Positions 18,657 to 28,298 of a stretch of 64,000 bases of DNA are shown piece after piece (position 1 is the stretch's first letter; each line of letters starts with the position of its first letter). The notes below the pieces were generated by a model. It saw nothing but the letters and a program-made list of their open reading frames with translations, searched no databases and was not told where the DNA came from. The translations under genes were made by a program, and so were the position numbers. Source of the stretch: a virus. The stretch spans positions 27,770 through 91,769 of IMG/VR virus record IMGVR_UViG_3300042566_000478; one strand, written 5' to 3'.

Positions 18657-21421
18657 TATTTACTCCTCAACAATTCTCTACGTAATTCTTTGTCTAGCAT
18701 TTGGGCAATTTGATGAGCCATTGCTCGTGCATCTTGAACATTGTTACCAGTAGATGTCACGTGAATAGTTGGCGCAATAGTCACATTAGTTCCACCAGTA
18801 ACGGTCAAGTTACTGGTTCCACCACGAGTAGGTGAACTAAATTGTGGGTCACCACGATTAAGCCCAAGTTCTGCTACGGCTGCTTGAGCCTTTGGCATCC
18901 ACTCCGATGTTCTTGCCATTGGTCCACCTTCTGTGTTCCAAGGTGTGTAGTTGCCACCACCAAACTCCAAACGTGCAGCCTTGATATTTGTTAGTGGGTC
19001 CCAAAGTTCTTCATCGTTAGAAATACCATAACGCTTTCTACGAACAGTACCCATAGGGTTTGTTGGTGTATCAAGCATATTGATTTGGAAAAGGCCATAT
19101 GACTTATCTGGTGGTTTACCGTTGAACACTCCAGGAATCCAGTTAGATTCACGACCAGCAATAGCAAGCATGTTTACTAAGTCTTGTCCTTTAAACCCAC
19201 GCTTGTACATCATCTGAGCAATTGTTCGTGGGTCCATTGCCTTCATGCTTCTAGTACCCTTTGGTGGCGGTGTACTTGACACACGTGTTTGTGACACACC
19301 ATTGACACTTGGGGATGATGAAGAACCAGTAGAAGTGTCATACATAACGTGGTTTACACCCATAGCAGAAACTTGGTCAGATAAAGACATGCCTTGGAGG
19401 TTTACATAACCACTTCCTTCTACTCCTCCAGCAGAAACATATTTGTCACCAACAAAGTCAGGGCCAATTCCATCCCAACTACCTTTTTGTACACCAGCAG
19501 GAGTACCCCACGGTGAGCCTTGTTTTTCATATTCATAGCGTGAGTTAGGGATGTCATTAGGTTGAATGTGCCATTTTTCTCCGTTGACATCTTTAAATGT
19601 CTTAAGACCAAACCGTGCTGCGTTAGCAACAACCCAATCAAGGTCACCAACAAGGTCGGCAGCCAAACCAAGTTCGTGCATAGAACGACCTGGAGGTGCT
19701 GCTGGAGCACCTGTCATAAGTTTGTATTCTTTACCGTTCCAAGTAACATCGCCCTTGCTTCCATCTGTTACTTCTCTGTAGCGAGAGTTAAACAGTTGGC
19801 TTTGTGTTTCTTGACTACGGAAACCTTCACCAATACCTACGTTAGGGTTTTCTGCAAACATACGAAGTAATCGGTCTTTAAATGTTGCATTAAGTTTTCC
19901 AAACGTGGGAACATTACCTAATGATGAAAGAGGTACACGGTTTCCTTTTCCGTAACCAACAGGAACACTCTTACCATTAGAGGCTGCTTGGTTTCCAGCA
20001 GAGCCTGGTTCAACAGCAGGGTCACCTCGGAACATTGAGCCACCAAGCATTGTCATTGCCATTCCTAGTGGAAAGGTAGCAGGATTGCTCATGCTCATAG
20101 CACCAATTCCCATCAATGCTCCACCAATACCTTTTTCTACCATCCCTCCTTTAAAGTCCATACGTTTTCCAATTAATGGAGAAAGTACTTCTTCAAGTTT
20201 TCCTAATGCTTTAGTTACAGCCTGAGTATTCTTTTCCATTTGTGCAAAGTTGTCAGACTGACGCTTATAGAAGTCTTCATCCCTTCCTTCTTTTGTTCGG
20301 GCAGTTTCTTCAGCCTGTGTAGCAAAGTTGTCTTCAATTCCCATCATCTTTCGTTGTGACTTTTTGGAAGGGTCATACATTCCCTTCCCACCCTTTTTCT
20401 GATACTGCACATTTGATTCTGCGTAATCAAGAACAAGGTCAACCATGTCTTCAGGAACACCAGATGCCAACAAACGAGCACGTGTGGCAGAACCTTGTTG
20501 ACGAGCACCTGCCAACATCTTTTCGTTAGTAAGACCAGTACGTTGTGTAATGTCCTTGATTACTTGGTCCATTGACCGTTGTTGCCCACCAGGGCCATAA
20601 AGACCAGTACCAAGCATCATGGTCATTCGGTTGTTTACTTGAGCAGAACCAAGTGTTTGAGCCATTGATGCCATATCACCTGTGCTCAATGAGTAACCAG
20701 ATACTGCACGAAGACCTGCCATACCTGCGGCATTCTTTTGGGCATCAATACCAGTGCTTGCCTGCAACGCAAGAAGTTCGTTAATACCGCCGTATCCTAA
20801 ACGCTCACCTTGTAGAGGTTTACGCATTTGATGGTAGTACTGGTTTTGAGTAATACCCATGCGCTGTTGGTAGGACACAGCCAGTTTGTCAGCGCTTAAT
20901 GAACGGTCATAGTTAGAAGTAATACGGTTATCTAATGCTTGAATAGCAGCATTAACAGCAGTTAATGCTTGTGCTGTCCTAAGACCCTTAACTGGTGTTA
21001 GTCCTCCCCCGTCACCATCACCGCCACGACCACCACCACCACCAATGATTATGGTGTGGCCTTTAGCGCTTTGAATTGCGTTGGCTGCTGAAGCGTCATT
21101 GATTACTGAGCCAGTTAATGCAGGTACTGGGTTGTCTGGGATAGCACCAGTTGCTGGGTTTGCGCCTCCACCAGCGCCAAGAGCCCCAGGATTAATCTTA
21201 GAAATACCTTGAAGAAGTTTTAGTGTCTTCTCTAACTTGGTATTAATGTTTGGGAGTTGTTGGTTAAGATACTGGAAGGAGGCTTTCATCTCCTTGATAC
21301 CAGCACTTATTTTATTAAACTCAGTTGTATCTAATTTGAAGCGAGCACGAACGTCAGCAGTAGCACTGCCTTTAGGGATACCCTTACCGTTGCCTGAGAG
21401 GTCAGGTTCGTTCTTAGCCAT
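18656..21421 (-). CDS. Tape measure protein with M15 peptidase and lytic transglycosylase domains
   Basis: Helical N-terminal half; R...SMHELGLAAD...EKWH (M15); GRES...SYGLFQIN (SLT/lysozyme-like). Confidence 0.85.
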   Translation of the reverse strand: MAKNEPDLSGNGKGIPKGSATADVRARFKLDTTEFNKISAGIKEMKASFQYLNQQLPNINTKLEKTLKLLQGISKINPGALGAGGGANPATGAIPDNPVPALTGSVINDASAANAIQSAKGHTIIIGGGGGRGGDGDGGGLTPVKGLRTAQALTAVNAAIQALDNRITSNYDRSLSADKLAVSYQQRMGITQNQYYHQMRKPLQGERLGYGGINELLALQASTGIDAQKNAAGMAGLRAVSGYSLSTGDMASMAQTLGSAQVNNRMTMMLGTGLYGPGGQQRSMDQVIKDITQRTGLTNEKMLAGARQQGSATRARLLASGVPEDMVDLVLDYAESNVQYQKKGGKGMYDPSKKSQRKMMGIEDNFATQAEETARTKEGRDEDFYKRQSDNFAQMEKNTQAVTKALGKLEEVLSPLIGKRMDFKGGMVEKGIGGALMGIGAMSMSNPATFPLGMAMTMLGGSMFRGDPAVEPGSAGNQAASNGKSVPVGYGKGNRVPLSSLGNVPTFGKLNATFKDRLLRMFAENPNVGIGEGFRSQETQSQLFNSRYREVTDGSKGDVTWNGKEYKLMTGAPAAPPGRSMHELGLAADLVGDLDWVVANAARFGLKTFKDVNGEKWHIQPNDIPNSRYEYEKQGSPWGTPAGVQKGSWDGIGPDFVGDKYVSAGGVEGSGYVNLQGMSLSDQVSAMGVNHVMYDTSTGSSSSPSVNGVSQTRVSSTPPPKGTRSMKAMDPRTIAQMMYKRGFKGQDLVNMLAIAGRESNWIPGVFNGKPPDKSYGLFQINMLDTPTNPMGTVRRKRYGISNDEELWDPLTNIKAARLEFGGGNYTPWNTEGGPMARTSEWMPKAQAAVAELGLNRGDPQFSSPTRGGTSNLTVTGGTNVTIAPTIHVTSTGNNVQDARAMAHQIAQMLDKELRRELLRSK

Positions 21422-21423
21422 GA

Positions 21424-21573
21424 TTACTCCTGTTTACGCCATTTGCTCATTGCTGACCAATACGCTCTTTGGCGTACTGTCATCGTCTTAATATCCTTGA
21501 GCGTGAAGCCCTTGTAAACCGTGGCAATCGTATCGTACTCCCAATATAGTACTACTAAATCAGCCGAATAAAA
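21424..21573 (-). CDS. Tail assembly chaperone C-terminal extension (gpT-like), probably reached by frameshift
   Basis: Overlaps the chaperone 3' end in the +1 frame; no convincing start of its own; lies immediately before tape measure. Confidence 0.6.
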   Translation of the reverse strand, partial: FYSADLVVLYWEYDTIATVYKGFTLKDIKTMTVRQRAYWSAMSKWRKQE

Positions 21574-22354
21574 GTGCGGCCCAGTTGAGCATGATTGGGA
21601 ATGGTTGCTCGCAATGGGCGCAGAGGGCTTCCACCTCCTTGATTTCTGGCCCTGGTTGTGCTTCAGATAGTGCTTCAACAATCTTTGCTCGGTCTTTCAT
21701 ACCCAATTTTTTAGCCCATGCAACAGGGTCAGCAGGCTTTTTACCTTCTTCCCAAACAGCACAACGAGCAATTAAAAACGTATTTTGCTCAGGAATGCTT
21801 CTTGCTTTTAGTCCTACAAACTGACTGTCACTTGCAGTAACAAGATTGAACTGCATAATTGTTCCATCTTTTAGAGTTACCTTAAGCGGTTCCTTTGGGT
21901 CTTTATCTGACTTCTTTACTGGGAAGTCATTCAAGTCAATTTGTACATCGTTTGATTTAACGCAATGTGGGCAAATAATTTGGTATTCACGAAAGATTCC
22001 GTAAGTAGCACGAACTGTTTCCAAAAATAAAGCATCTCGGTCACCAATAATTAGGTTGTCAACCAACCCTGGATTCTTTGTAATGTCTATATTTCCAATG
22101 GAAACAACACTGCGCTTGAGCAGATGGGACATGTACTGTGCGTACAAAAGGTCGTCATCAGACTCAAGCGCAGCAAGTGCTTCTTCGTCTTCACCGTTTA
22201 ATTCTTTTACAAATGCAGTTGTTTCCCACTCCCCTGTTTCCTGGTTTTTAAGTCCACGAAACAGTTCAATTTTTCCGTATGGAACTATTTCCATACGGGG
22301 TGTTGGGTCAGTAATTGCAGCGTTAAGCGACATTGCTTGTGCGTTGTTATCCAT
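21560..22354 (-). CDS. Tail assembly chaperone (T4 gp26/gp51-like, with CxxC pairs)
   Basis: ELNGEDEE, GDRDAL...R.ATYG, CPHC, CAHC; lies between tube and tape measure. Confidence 0.75.
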   Translation of the reverse strand: MDNNAQAMSLNAAITDPTPRMEIVPYGKIELFRGLKNQETGEWETTAFVKELNGEDEEALAALESDDDLLYAQYMSHLLKRSVVSIGNIDITKNPGLVDNLIIGDRDALFLETVRATYGIFREYQIICPHCVKSNDVQIDLNDFPVKKSDKDPKEPLKVTLKDGTIMQFNLVTASDSQFVGLKARSIPEQNTFLIARCAVWEEGKKPADPVAWAKKLGMKDRAKIVEALSEAQPGPEIKEVEALCAHCEQPFPIMLNWAALLFG

Positions 22355-22395
22355 GTTTTCTCCTACTTGTATTTTTTTTAATTACTTAAGTTTAA

Positions 22396-23031
22396 TTATG
22401 CTAGCAGTGCCTGCTCACCAGTCAATGCAGAGATTTCTTCAGGTTGCCATGCAATTTGGAAACCCTCATGGTGAAGGTTCATTTGCTGAATCATAATTCC
22501 GTTGTCTCCAGCGTTCAGGTCACTTAGACCGTATGCACCAGGCCAGCAGTTGTACAACCTAAATGCCAACTTTACGTTTCCTGGTATTACGTTTCTGTCT
22601 GCTGTGTTGTCGTACTGGTACTGAACACCAGATGCTGTGTATGGGTGGTCGTAAACTTTAACGGTTACGTCACAACGGTAGTTAGTTTCGTCACCCTTAG
22701 CACCTTGGTCAAAACCTTCTGTACCTGTTCCACCAACCCATGCATGCATGAACTTGGTCCACTTCCAAAGTTGGTCTTGTGACGCAAAAGCACCACGAGC
22801 AAATGACACTGCTGGGAAGTCTGACTGCCCAACCATCTTGTGTGGGTGAGTATTCATCCCACCTTCACGGTAAGCAATCAGTTCGTTCTGAACTGAGAGT
22901 CCACCTACTTGAGCAAAGCCAAGGTCACCAATACCAGTTAGGTAGTTAGTCAAGGCTGGACCAATAGGTGTAAAGCGTACTGTGAATTTAAAGTTGCGTA
23001 GAGGGTCGGTCCTCTGTGTTCTTGTTGCCAT
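22396..23031 (-). CDS. Tail tube protein (T4 gp19-like)
   Basis: DPLRNFKF, YREGG, LYNCWP...SDLNAG...HEG. Confidence 0.92.
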   Translation of the reverse strand: MATRTQRTDPLRNFKFTVRFTPIGPALTNYLTGIGDLGFAQVGGLSVQNELIAYREGGMNTHPHKMVGQSDFPAVSFARGAFASQDQLWKWTKFMHAWVGGTGTEGFDQGAKGDETNYRCDVTVKVYDHPYTASGVQYQYDNTADRNVIPGNVKLAFRLYNCWPGAYGLSDLNAGDNGIMIQQMNLHHEGFQIAWQPEEISALTGEQALLA

Positions 23032-23040
23032 TGATATCTC

Positions 23041-24588
23041 CTAGATATTCGTGGTGACGGTGCTTCCACCAGTCCATTGACTGATGGTGATTACGATGAA
23101 TTCGGCTGGTGACTGCAATGCAACTCCAACCTCAATGTTTACTGTTCCGTTTTCAATATCGTTTTGCGTGTTGTTAGTTGAGTTACAACGGACAAAGAAT
23201 GCTTCCGTTGAAGTACGGCCCTTCAAACCACCTGAAGCCCAGAAGGTGTTCAGGAGTGAAGAAACACGCACCGTAAGGTCTGCCCACAAACGCTCATCGT
23301 TTGGTTCAAACAAAGCGCTTTGAGTGCTTTCCTTAAGAAGGTCCTTAAGGTAATTAAGTGAACGGCGAACTGTGATGTACTTCTCAGAAGTATTACGTGC
23401 CAAGGTGCGAGAACCATTGATAATTACTCCAACGCCTGGAACTACGTTAAAGAGGTTTAATTGGCTATCCTTGTACAAGTTACCTTGTTCGGTTTCTGTA
23501 AGGTTTGCTACCAAACCATACACGTTTCGGATGTCCAAACTATAGCCAGCAGGTGCTTTAGCAACACCACGGGTTACTTCTGAACGAACCATTGCACCAA
23601 GAACCGCACCACCTGGGTAGGTATTGCGGATAGCGGCAGCACCAGTTTTTGTTGGGTCAAACATTTTCATTGCTGGACCGTAAACTGCTGCGAAACCAGA
23701 CTTGGTGTAAGGCTGTACTGCGTCAGCAAGTGCTTGCTTGTTTGTTGCGTTTAGTGGGGTATCAACAATCAACAACGAGTTTCCACGAGTTGACATCACC
23801 GTAATGGCATTGTTAATAATTGTTGATGAGGTTTGCCCAACAAGGTTAAACAAGAGTCCCGATGTAATGGTTTCGTGACGGGTAAGAGCAGTAGCCCAAT
23901 CAACGGAATCAATTGCACCCACTCCCTCAGAACCGTTGGAGAACGTAGTAGTTGTTACGTAGTCATCAACACCAATACCAGTTACGGTAAGAGTTGCATT
24001 GCTAGCCACAGTTGCTACAGTTGAAGCACTAACATATGACGAGTAAAGGTCAAGAACGGTTGAAACATAACGGTAGTTAGCAGGGTCAACAGAAAGATTT
24101 GACCAGCGTTCTACTTCGCTACCATCAAGTTTAACTGTCAAAGTAAACAGCGAATTCTTGGTAATCTTCGGTGCTGATGACAGGTCTGTCAGTGTTTCTG
24201 TGTCAAAGGTGTAATCAACAGACAAGTCATTACCCCAGGTTCCAGGTGATTTGGTAATCAAGAGGATAAGGTTTGCACTACTTCCACCAGTTGGCGTTGC
24301 TGTCAAGGCGCTGTAAGCGTATGTTGACGTTGCATCAATTACACGGGTAACATAGGCTGCTTGACCACCGTTTGCAAAGTAGTGGTAGACAGCATAACCA
24401 AGGTCGTAGTTGATGTCTAATGCACCAAACAAACTGGTGTACTGTGACCATGTAGTCACAAGGGTTGGTGTCGTTGGTCCACGCTCTGCTGTGCCAATAA
24501 ATGCAGCAGAAGTAGGTCCATTCGCAGTTGTCAAATTGGTTGCAAACGTACCTTCCTGTACGTAAACTCCTGGGCGTTCGTATGCCAT
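23041..24588 (-). CDS. Tail sheath protein
   Basis: YERPGVYVQE, YFANGG, KAPAG, YITVRR, FEPND, PAEFI. Confidence 0.95.
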   Translation of the reverse strand: MAYERPGVYVQEGTFATNLTTANGPTSAAFIGTAERGPTTPTLVTTWSQYTSLFGALDINYDLGYAVYHYFANGGQAAYVTRVIDATSTYAYSALTATPTGGSSANLILLITKSPGTWGNDLSVDYTFDTETLTDLSSAPKITKNSLFTLTVKLDGSEVERWSNLSVDPANYRYVSTVLDLYSSYVSASTVATVASNATLTVTGIGVDDYVTTTTFSNGSEGVGAIDSVDWATALTRHETITSGLLFNLVGQTSSTIINNAITVMSTRGNSLLIVDTPLNATNKQALADAVQPYTKSGFAAVYGPAMKMFDPTKTGAAAIRNTYPGGAVLGAMVRSEVTRGVAKAPAGYSLDIRNVYGLVANLTETEQGNLYKDSQLNLFNVVPGVGVIINGSRTLARNTSEKYITVRRSLNYLKDLLKESTQSALFEPNDERLWADLTVRVSSLLNTFWASGGLKGRTSTEAFFVRCNSTNNTQNDIENGTVNIEVGVALQSPAEFIVITISQWTGGSTVTTNI

Positions 24589-24624
24589 TATTACTCCTAA
24601 AGTGTAAAGGGGATTGGAAAAAAC

Positions 24625-25293
24625 TTACTCATTGAAAACATGCAGTTGAGATGTAATTGTACTATTAATTTGGGTAACGGGTTCTGTACCTGTCAGAGCA
24701 TCAAGGTCTTGACCTGTGATTTCTGCGGACATTTTGAGAGTTAATACCTTACGGAATATGCGCTTTCGGTAACCCGATTCCATATCCAGCAAGTCTGCGT
24801 TGGTCCAGTCCAGCATGTCAAAACGGCGTACCGTTCCGTCTGCTGGTATGTTTATGGAGTTCCAACGAAATGGGGCGACTTTTCTAATAATCCCAGAAGT
24901 CAATTGTCTGTCATGTAGGGCAGACCGTGTATAAATAGATACCTGATAAAGCAGGTCTACTGGGATAAAGTCGTCAAAACTAAGGATGCTGGTGCTTGCT
25001 GAAACACTGGCGCTTTCGCTAGGCCAGTAGTCAATAAATGCAGGTCGGTCTTCATATAGACCACTACCTGTGGTGTCTATGTACGCACCTTGGTCAGACA
25101 ACTGGCGTTCTGTAGCATGAAGAACGTCAATAAGTTCTACCGTAATAAATGGGTAGTCTCGCTCTGTTTCTCCTTCTGGGTAACGGAAAAAGACCTTTAC
25201 TGGGCGGCGTTCATTACGGTCATCGGTGACATACAGCCCACTAAAACGTGCTTTAATAGCCTCGTCTTCGGCAAGGAGAAACCCAGTCCGCAT
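24625..25293 (-). CDS. Tail terminator/completion protein
   Basis: YPFITVEL...DLLYQV; directly upstream of sheath. Confidence 0.6.
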   Translation of the reverse strand: MRTGFLLAEDEAIKARFSGLYVTDDRNERRPVKVFFRYPEGETERDYPFITVELIDVLHATERQLSDQGAYIDTTGSGLYEDRPAFIDYWPSESASVSASTSILSFDDFIPVDLLYQVSIYTRSALHDRQLTSGIIRKVAPFRWNSINIPADGTVRRFDMLDWTNADLLDMESGYRKRIFRKVLTLKMSAEITGQDLDALTGTEPVTQINSTITSQLHVFNE

Positions 25294-25715
25294 TAGTTCA
25301 ACCCACCTTTTCCAGTGAGTTTGTCAAGTTTTTTGTTAAGGCTTAACTCTAAGCGTTTAGCACCCTTCATACATTCTTTGCGAAGAATGGATTGCGCTGG
25401 AGGACCATACTCTATTTGGACAGCCTTTGGTCCAGATTTACCATCAACCAAGTAGGAGATGGTTTCATCTGAGTTATTGTAATTAAGTTTAAAGTCTTTT
25501 ACTAATGCTTTGTACTTAGGGTCACTTAACACAAGACCTTCTTTGGCAATCTTATGCTCTTCGGCTAGGCTGGCGTTTACAGCGTCTTCAAGGTATTCCT
25601 GAAGGTTCATTATTAAATCACCAAAGAAAAGAATTGGGGAAGGGACACCTTCAATAATCTTTCTAGAACTGGAGACAGAAATAGGCGCAGATGCACGTTT
25701 GCCAACCATTGGCAC
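25293..25715 (-). CDS. Neck-region hypothetical protein (HK97 gp10-like)
   Basis: IEYG motif; synteny. Confidence 0.5.
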   Translation of the reverse strand: MPMVGKRASAPISVSSSRKIIEGVPSPILFFGDLIMNLQEYLEDAVNASLAEEHKIAKEGLVLSDPKYKALVKDFKLNYNNSDETISYLVDGKSGPKAVQIEYGPPAQSILRKECMKGAKRLELSLNKKLDKLTGKGGLN

Positions 25716-25759
25716 TCCTTAGTTCTAGGCGATGTTTGCATGCCGCACGGCATACATAT

Positions 25760-26293
25760 TTAGTTTACCAGGAATGTTGGAAGCGTAGAAGGCCAAGGCA
25801 AATCATGGATTTCCATTTGTTCTGGACCTGGGTCGTTTGGCATTTCTTGGTCAACATAAACTTCAATACCTTCAACAACGATGAGCACATCATCTGTTGC
25901 ACGACCACGAACACGGTACATAGATACAGCGTAGTAACGAGCATCATAAAAGAACATGTCATTTAAATGCCTCTGATACTCAAACGGTTCAGTCATACCA
26001 GCATCACGACAGTCTTCAATTGACAAAACAGCGTTGACAACCTGCACTGGTTGACGACCTTCTGGAATTGCTCGCTTGGTATCTTCAGTCTCAGTAATCA
26101 TCAACACAGGTAGAGTTACCCCTGATTTATATGCTTTACCACCAGAACCGTATGGCGCTTCATCGTAAACATCATCTATCACGCTGCCAGCGCCAAATGG
26201 TAGAAACTCAAACCACGTAATATGTTCACCTACGCTGCGATGGTGCTTACGATACTGCTTCCGTATTTGTGCTAATTCTCTACGGGGGTCCAC
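25760..26293 (-). CDS. Head closure / neck protein
   Basis: Synteny; beta-rich. Confidence 0.55.
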   Translation of the reverse strand: MDPRRELAQIRKQYRKHHRSVGEHITWFEFLPFGAGSVIDDVYDEAPYGSGGKAYKSGVTLPVLMITETEDTKRAIPEGRQPVQVVNAVLSIEDCRDAGMTEPFEYQRHLNDMFFYDARYYAVSMYRVRGRATDDVLIVVEGIEVYVDQEMPNDPGPEQMEIHDLPWPSTLPTFLVN

Positions 26294-26296
26294 GGG

Positions 26297-27133
26297 TTAC
26301 CAACCAGTAATCGGTGCGGTTGAATACCCTTGTTGAGGCTCAAGGTCAAGGTACACATCTTCACGAAGTGGTTCATCGTGGTCTTCAATCTTAATGTCGC
26401 CTGGGTTAATTTCAGGGAATTGTCTTTCTATTGGACCGTAATCACCCAACTCACGTGCTTTATAAATCGGAACAAGGTATCCAGTTGTTCTAGAAACACG
26501 GCGAAGATTCATTATTTCAATGCGTTCAATACCAATATTTAGAGCACGAGCCTGTGCTTGGTAGTTGCGAGTCCAGTAATCCAACATGGATTGAACCATT
26601 CGGAAACGCTGACTGGCAGGGATATGCACAGACTCTGATGTCGTTACGTCAATGTCACGACTGTACTCAGTTAATAGACCCCACAAAGTTTCAACCACTG
26701 TACCCATACCAATTGTGTCTAAAACAATTGGGGCAACAAGTTCTAGTGGGGTGTCTAAGTTGTATGTATGTTGCTCAATAGAGTGACCAGCAAAGTACTC
26801 TAAGTCTTTTGGAAGAACCCATTCGTAATAATAACCTTCTACCATTATCTTTGTAGTAGAAGAAAAAGAACGATTAAATCTTATAATCCCATTTCTATCA
26901 TCCAGTGAATAGTATGTAGACGCAGATGTATCGGATGTAATCTCAGTTGGGCTGCCGCCTGTTGGGTATGAGGCTATCCACAAAGAACTTTGTTCAATAT
27001 TAGGGTTACCTAATTCATAGGTTCTACCCACAGCGTCAAAAGATACCTGAAAGAATTTAGGGTAATCACGAAGATATGTGCGAGCAATCTCCACAATCTT
27101 TTCAACTATTGCGTGTGAGTGGTTAGCATGCAT
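26297..27133 (-). CDS. Head-tail adaptor / neck protein
   Basis: Synteny; inserted beta domain (YSLD..NGII.F). Confidence 0.6.
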   Translation of the reverse strand: MHANHSHAIVEKIVEIARTYLRDYPKFFQVSFDAVGRTYELGNPNIEQSSLWIASYPTGGSPTEITSDTSASTYYSLDDRNGIIRFNRSFSSTTKIMVEGYYYEWVLPKDLEYFAGHSIEQHTYNLDTPLELVAPIVLDTIGMGTVVETLWGLLTEYSRDIDVTTSESVHIPASQRFRMVQSMLDYWTRNYQAQARALNIGIERIEIMNLRRVSRTTGYLVPIYKARELGDYGPIERQFPEINPGDIKIEDHDEPLREDVYLDLEPQQGYSTAPITGW

Positions 27134-27150
27134 AGATATAGTTTACTTTA

Positions 27151-27318
27151 CTATTGGTCGCCAGAACCAGAGCCAGGAACTGTGTCTTGTAAATCTTGAC
27201 CAATAGCAGGTTGTTGTTCACGAAAACGTGGAATATGAACTCTACGAATTCTTGTAATGTCTGCTACTGAACCAGTTGGTTTAGTTAACCGTACTGCGTA
27301 GGGTGTTGTTTCAGCCAT
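27151..27318 (-). CDS. Small hypothetical protein, 55 aa, not in the ORF track (MAETTPYAVRLTKP...)
   Basis: TAATG coupling to the upstream stop; fills the gap. Confidence 0.6.
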   Translation of the reverse strand: MAETTPYAVRLTKPTGSVADITRIRRVHIPRFREQQPAIGQDLQDTVPGSGSGDQ

Positions 27319-27962
27319 TAAATACCAGCAAATAAAAATGGGTGAAGTGCTTCTTCACGTGCTCCTTCATACTTAGCAAGGTTTTGCCAAGCGCTATCTA
27401 CGTATACGTATAACGATGATTGGTCAGTAGCAGGCACTGTCCCTGTACGAATGTATAAGTCACCTTGGTCTGCTGCTTCAGATGGGATAGCAGTACCAGT
27501 TCTGTGCGCCATGTTTAAGAACATGCGCTTATCAACAACACTTAATGCGCTAAATGCCACTCCAGATTTTCTATAAAGTGCATAAAGTGGAAGTTGGCTA
27601 GATAAAGGTGTTGGGAAAATAGGGTTGGTTGCGCTAGGCGTTCCTTTAACTACACCGTACTGATACGTTGACGCATCAACACGAGTTACAACAAGAAGGT
27701 CAAAACGTGCATCTGTTTCAGGTGCATCAAAAAGAACAGTGCTTGCAGATACATAACCATAGTGGTTATTTACATAAACATAGGATGCTGTCAGCGCAGC
27801 AGAACCGTCACCTGCTGAGTAAACAGTAATGTCTGCTCCCGAAAGAACACCATAGTTGTGATTACCTAGGATTTGAAAATCAAGCGAATCTGGTTCTGCT
27901 TGGTCAAGGCTCTGGATTGTTACTCCGTACTCGCTTGCATTAGGTACTGTAAATCCAGCCAT
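27318..27962 (-). CDS. Putative virion (collar/fibre anchor) protein
   Basis: ARFDLLV...KGTPSATNP.FP; GDLYIR; C-terminal LHPFLFAGI. Confidence 0.55.
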   Translation of the reverse strand: MAGFTVPNASEYGVTIQSLDQAEPDSLDFQILGNHNYGVLSGADITVYSAGDGSAALTASYVYVNNHYGYVSASTVLFDAPETDARFDLLVVTRVDASTYQYGVVKGTPSATNPIFPTPLSSQLPLYALYRKSGVAFSALSVVDKRMFLNMAHRTGTAIPSEAADQGDLYIRTGTVPATDQSSLYVYVDSAWQNLAKYEGAREEALHPFLFAGI

Positions 27963-27969
27963 TTAAACC

Positions 27970-28239
27970 TCAGAGGGTGTCGTAGATGTTGCCGTTCTTC
28001 TTCAAATATTCAAACAAACCACGTGGAAGTTTGTAACGCTTACCGTCATTAAACAACCATGTGTCTTGACCCCAAAACATTGTCCATGAACCTTTTACAC
28101 GAGCACTAACAGTGTCGCTCTTTACTTCAGATTCAAGTTCTTCTGCTTGAGGAATTTCTGATACAAAAAGAATCTCATCTTCTTGCTCTACAAATTCTTT
28201 GATAACTGATTTCTTTTTTACTGCCACATTATTCTCCAA
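27970..28239 (-). CDS. Hypothetical protein downstream of capsid gene
   Basis: ORF with RBS GGAG. Confidence 0.65.
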   Translation of the reverse strand: MENNVAVKKKSVIKEFVEQEDEILFVSEIPQAEELESEVKSDTVSARVKGSWTMFWGQDTWLFNDGKRYKLPRGLFEYLKKNGNIYDTL

Positions 28240-28250
28240 TTGTGAAAGGG

Positions 28251-28283
28251 TTGGGGGAGTCGGGTTTTACCCCGACCCCCCAA
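28251..28283 (-). terminator. GC-rich hairpin after the major capsid gene (probable terminator or attenuator)
   Basis: TTGGGGGAGTCGGG-ttttac-CCCGACCCCCCAA. Confidence 0.6.
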
Positions 28284-28298
28284 TACTAGTTGACTTAA

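Noticed and set aside
11042-25293. Extracellular contractile injection system or tailocin
   Set aside because: Tail genes look CIS-like, but capsid, portal, terminase and replication genes show this is a true phage.
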